A DNA stretch of 64,000 nucleotides from Oculina patagonica (Eukaryota), in assembly GCF_052425735.1 (NCBI RefSeq), contig NC_135762.1, positions 23,870,001 to 23,934,000 of the forward strand, written 5' to 3'. The notes beneath the pieces are model-generated. The model made no database searches. It was not told the origin of the DNA and saw nothing but the letters and a program-made list of their open reading frames with translations. Shown here piece after piece: positions 61,441-64,000 of this stretch (the first letter of the stretch is position 1; every line of letters begins with the position of its first letter). Position numbers and translations under genes: made by a program.

Positions 61441-64000
61441 CATTATCCCTTTTATGGTCACTGAGATGAAGTCACTTTTTGTTTTTCACGTGTTTTTAAG
61501 AACGGCTATTTAGAAATGGGGTCATGAAGTGGAAAGTGGAAAGGGAGGGGAACCTCGTTGCCTGAATTTCAAAATGTCTGCGGGTTGTATTATTCGTGGC
61601 TATTATAAGCCATTTTCGAGATAACTAGCCAAGACTTCGAAACTCTACTCTACCTTTCATGTAACTGTCAGGAATTTTGCCTGAACACTGTGAAATAAGT
61701 TGCATGATTTTCAGGCGTGTTACTTACTCAGTTTTCAAATCGTGTTTCGAGCGGAGTTACATGGCACTGAAATGTAGTAGTTTATATGAAAATCTGATGT
61801 CAAATTATTTTGGTAAACTTGAATTTCTGCAATATTTAATAGTCGGCAATCCTAGGCCATGGCTAATAAATGATTTTATTGATCAAATCTGAGGGATGAA
61901 GCTGAGATACTGTTCAGTTTCGTTTATAGCTTTCCATACCGTGATTTATCAGTATATTTTCAACGGACGATTTAATTGATCTTGCAGACGAATATATAGA
62001 ATGGCCGGAAGACTAAAACGAGCTTGCAAGCGCACTTACAAGGTCAGCTACATTCTTTTAATCAGTAACTGTTGCTAAATATCTTATGTTTTCAGACTTC
62101 CAATATTTCAGAAATCCGAAAAATTTACTCGACCTTTTTAACACCGGATTTGTGCAGAAACATTAGCTGTATATCGAGCCATGTTTACAGCCTTATGAAA
62201 ATGCCGCAAAAAACCGCGACATGGCCTGTAAAAATTGGCCCTGCATTGTATAAATTCTTTCTTAACGTGAGCGGTGGTAATGGAAAATAAAATCACGCCA
62301 AGTGAAATGAAAAATTTCTCCGACCACGGAGGACTTGAACCCTCTCGACCTCCTGTGGTTTTTAAAACGCCCTTTCTGATCACTCACGTATTTTTCCGCC
62401 GATTCATGAATTCACGCACAAAACAACCTCACCGTTCGAATCATGTTACCCTATATTGTGCACCCAGATCTATTGATATCAAAAGCCCAGTGGAATGTGA
62501 CTAATATATCTTAAGCTTTTTAAAGTATTTGGTTAAAATGCAACACTCCTACGGACAAAAGAAAATCTAAGGACCACGAAAGGAGAATTGAAATTTCTAG
62601 ATCTCATTTTGAAAGACATCCAGGCAGCAAAATGAAAAATAGCAAAGAAGAAGTACTTTCGACAGAAACGGGAGAAAGAAAGGCCTAACATTAATTGTCC
62701 CTCGACCCCTGGGGTAAGGGGCTGTACCGCAAGCCCCCACCCCATTCTAAAACGAAACAGTGCCGATTTTGCTACATTGTTGCAAAATAAACGTGCAAAA
62801 TCACTGCTATATTCAGAGGCCTTCAGATGTATTCATTTGATTGAAGGCGCTCTGCTCCCTGTTATTCAGTCCAAAACAGGATATTTTTACCCCTAATTTT
62901 ATGATAAATCCTAAATAAAGCCTCAAACGGTATGTATTTATTATCCACAACTGAATTTGCGACTTTGTAGCCAGCTACAAGTACGTGCTGGCTCGTAGAC
63001 TCACGAAAACCACGCTATTATTGCTACTTGAATATAAATGTATTCATTCTCAAGTTGTAGCTCGACTTAGCACTTGAAAAGTGACCTTTCATCGCTGACT
63101 CATTGCCTCGAGAAACCATTAACATTTCACGGCCAAGATACCTGTATATTTATTCAGAACTTGCGCTGTGGGGGTCCAGAGCAAATATGTTCCCCACTTG
63201 AAACTTTAAGCTTTGAAACCTTACAATTAAGCTTCATTCTGCTGCGACGAAAATTGTAAGGACGTGTTTAGATCTGAAGAAATTCAGGATACACTGAAAC
63301 AGCTATGAATAATTACCAATAATAATGTGTTTTAATATTTTTATCAGGGTGAATTAAATAATGATGTTGCAAATCCTGAACAACACTGAAACATTTTCTG
63401 AGCACCTCTCAAAAAGGGTGGTTGGTTGCTATGCCATTAAGAAGCTCTGTTTTGAATGTACAGGTGAATGTAGCCGTCAGACTACAAAAGCAAGGTCAAC
63501 TGCTTTATTAGGAACTGCAATGAAAACTCTAAAAATAACTGAAATCCATATAAAGATGTTAAGACTTTTGGTCACACTGTTTTAGTAATACCGACTGACT
63601 GGAGTTGAAAATCACCTCCAACTGAAGTTATCCACTCAGCAAAAAGGTTAAAAATATATATTCTTTTTACTTTTCTTGAGTCCTCTTGCAGGGGCCAGTA
63701 ACTTAATTCTTAATTCTTAACAACGCTTTTATTACAACACAAAAACTGAAGATTTCTAGCTTTTTTCTTGACTATAACCTCCACGCGCGGACACGCGCGC
63801 GAGAAAGACACACTGAAGGATCCCCCAGGCGAGCCTGAACTTCATAAGCTTTTATGCAGGCTCGCAGTGGTTAAGCTCCTAAAAGGTTTTCTGCTTATGT
63901 GTGCTGTCTTAGAAAGCCACAAAAATTAATAAAGAAATTAAAATTTATTTGTCAGCAATTTAACAACTAAATATTACACGGACATGGGGTAAAAATATTT

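Noticed and set aside
56900-64000. Short ORFs in the right-hand region
   Set aside because: No recognisable domains or consistent splice chain; mostly repeat-derived or low-complexity sequence.

Overview
Eukaryotic (intron-containing, AT-rich, MITE-dense) animal DNA, most likely from a stony coral or another anthozoan; the taxon is inferred from repeat families and gene style. The left half is a cluster of three dystroglycan-family paralogs with very different architectures. DG-A (+, 3 coding exons, ~1735 aa) has five tandem cadherin-like Ig + SEA-like modules and a ~135-aa Gly-rich cytoplasmic insert. DG-B (+, same 3-exon structure, ~884 aa) looks canonical, with a long mucin domain and an intact Gly-Ser processing site. 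DG-C (-) is a minimal Ig+SEA+TM form whose long repetitive tail is broken by a compensating +1/-1 frameshift pair that coincides with a possible 306-nt GT-AG intron. Next come an intronless GT8 glycosyltransferase that resembles viral P13 proteins more than animal glycogenin, and an 18-coding-exon ST7 ortholog (-, 548 aa). Non-coding DNA holds many MITEs/SINEs, two Academ(H)-like elements with 9-bp TSDs (one carrying a RecQ-helicase relic), and a ~300-bp TSD-flanked insertion with a complete minimal hammerhead ribozyme just upstream of ST7. All exon boundaries were read by hand; family assignments are from recalled motifs, not database searches.
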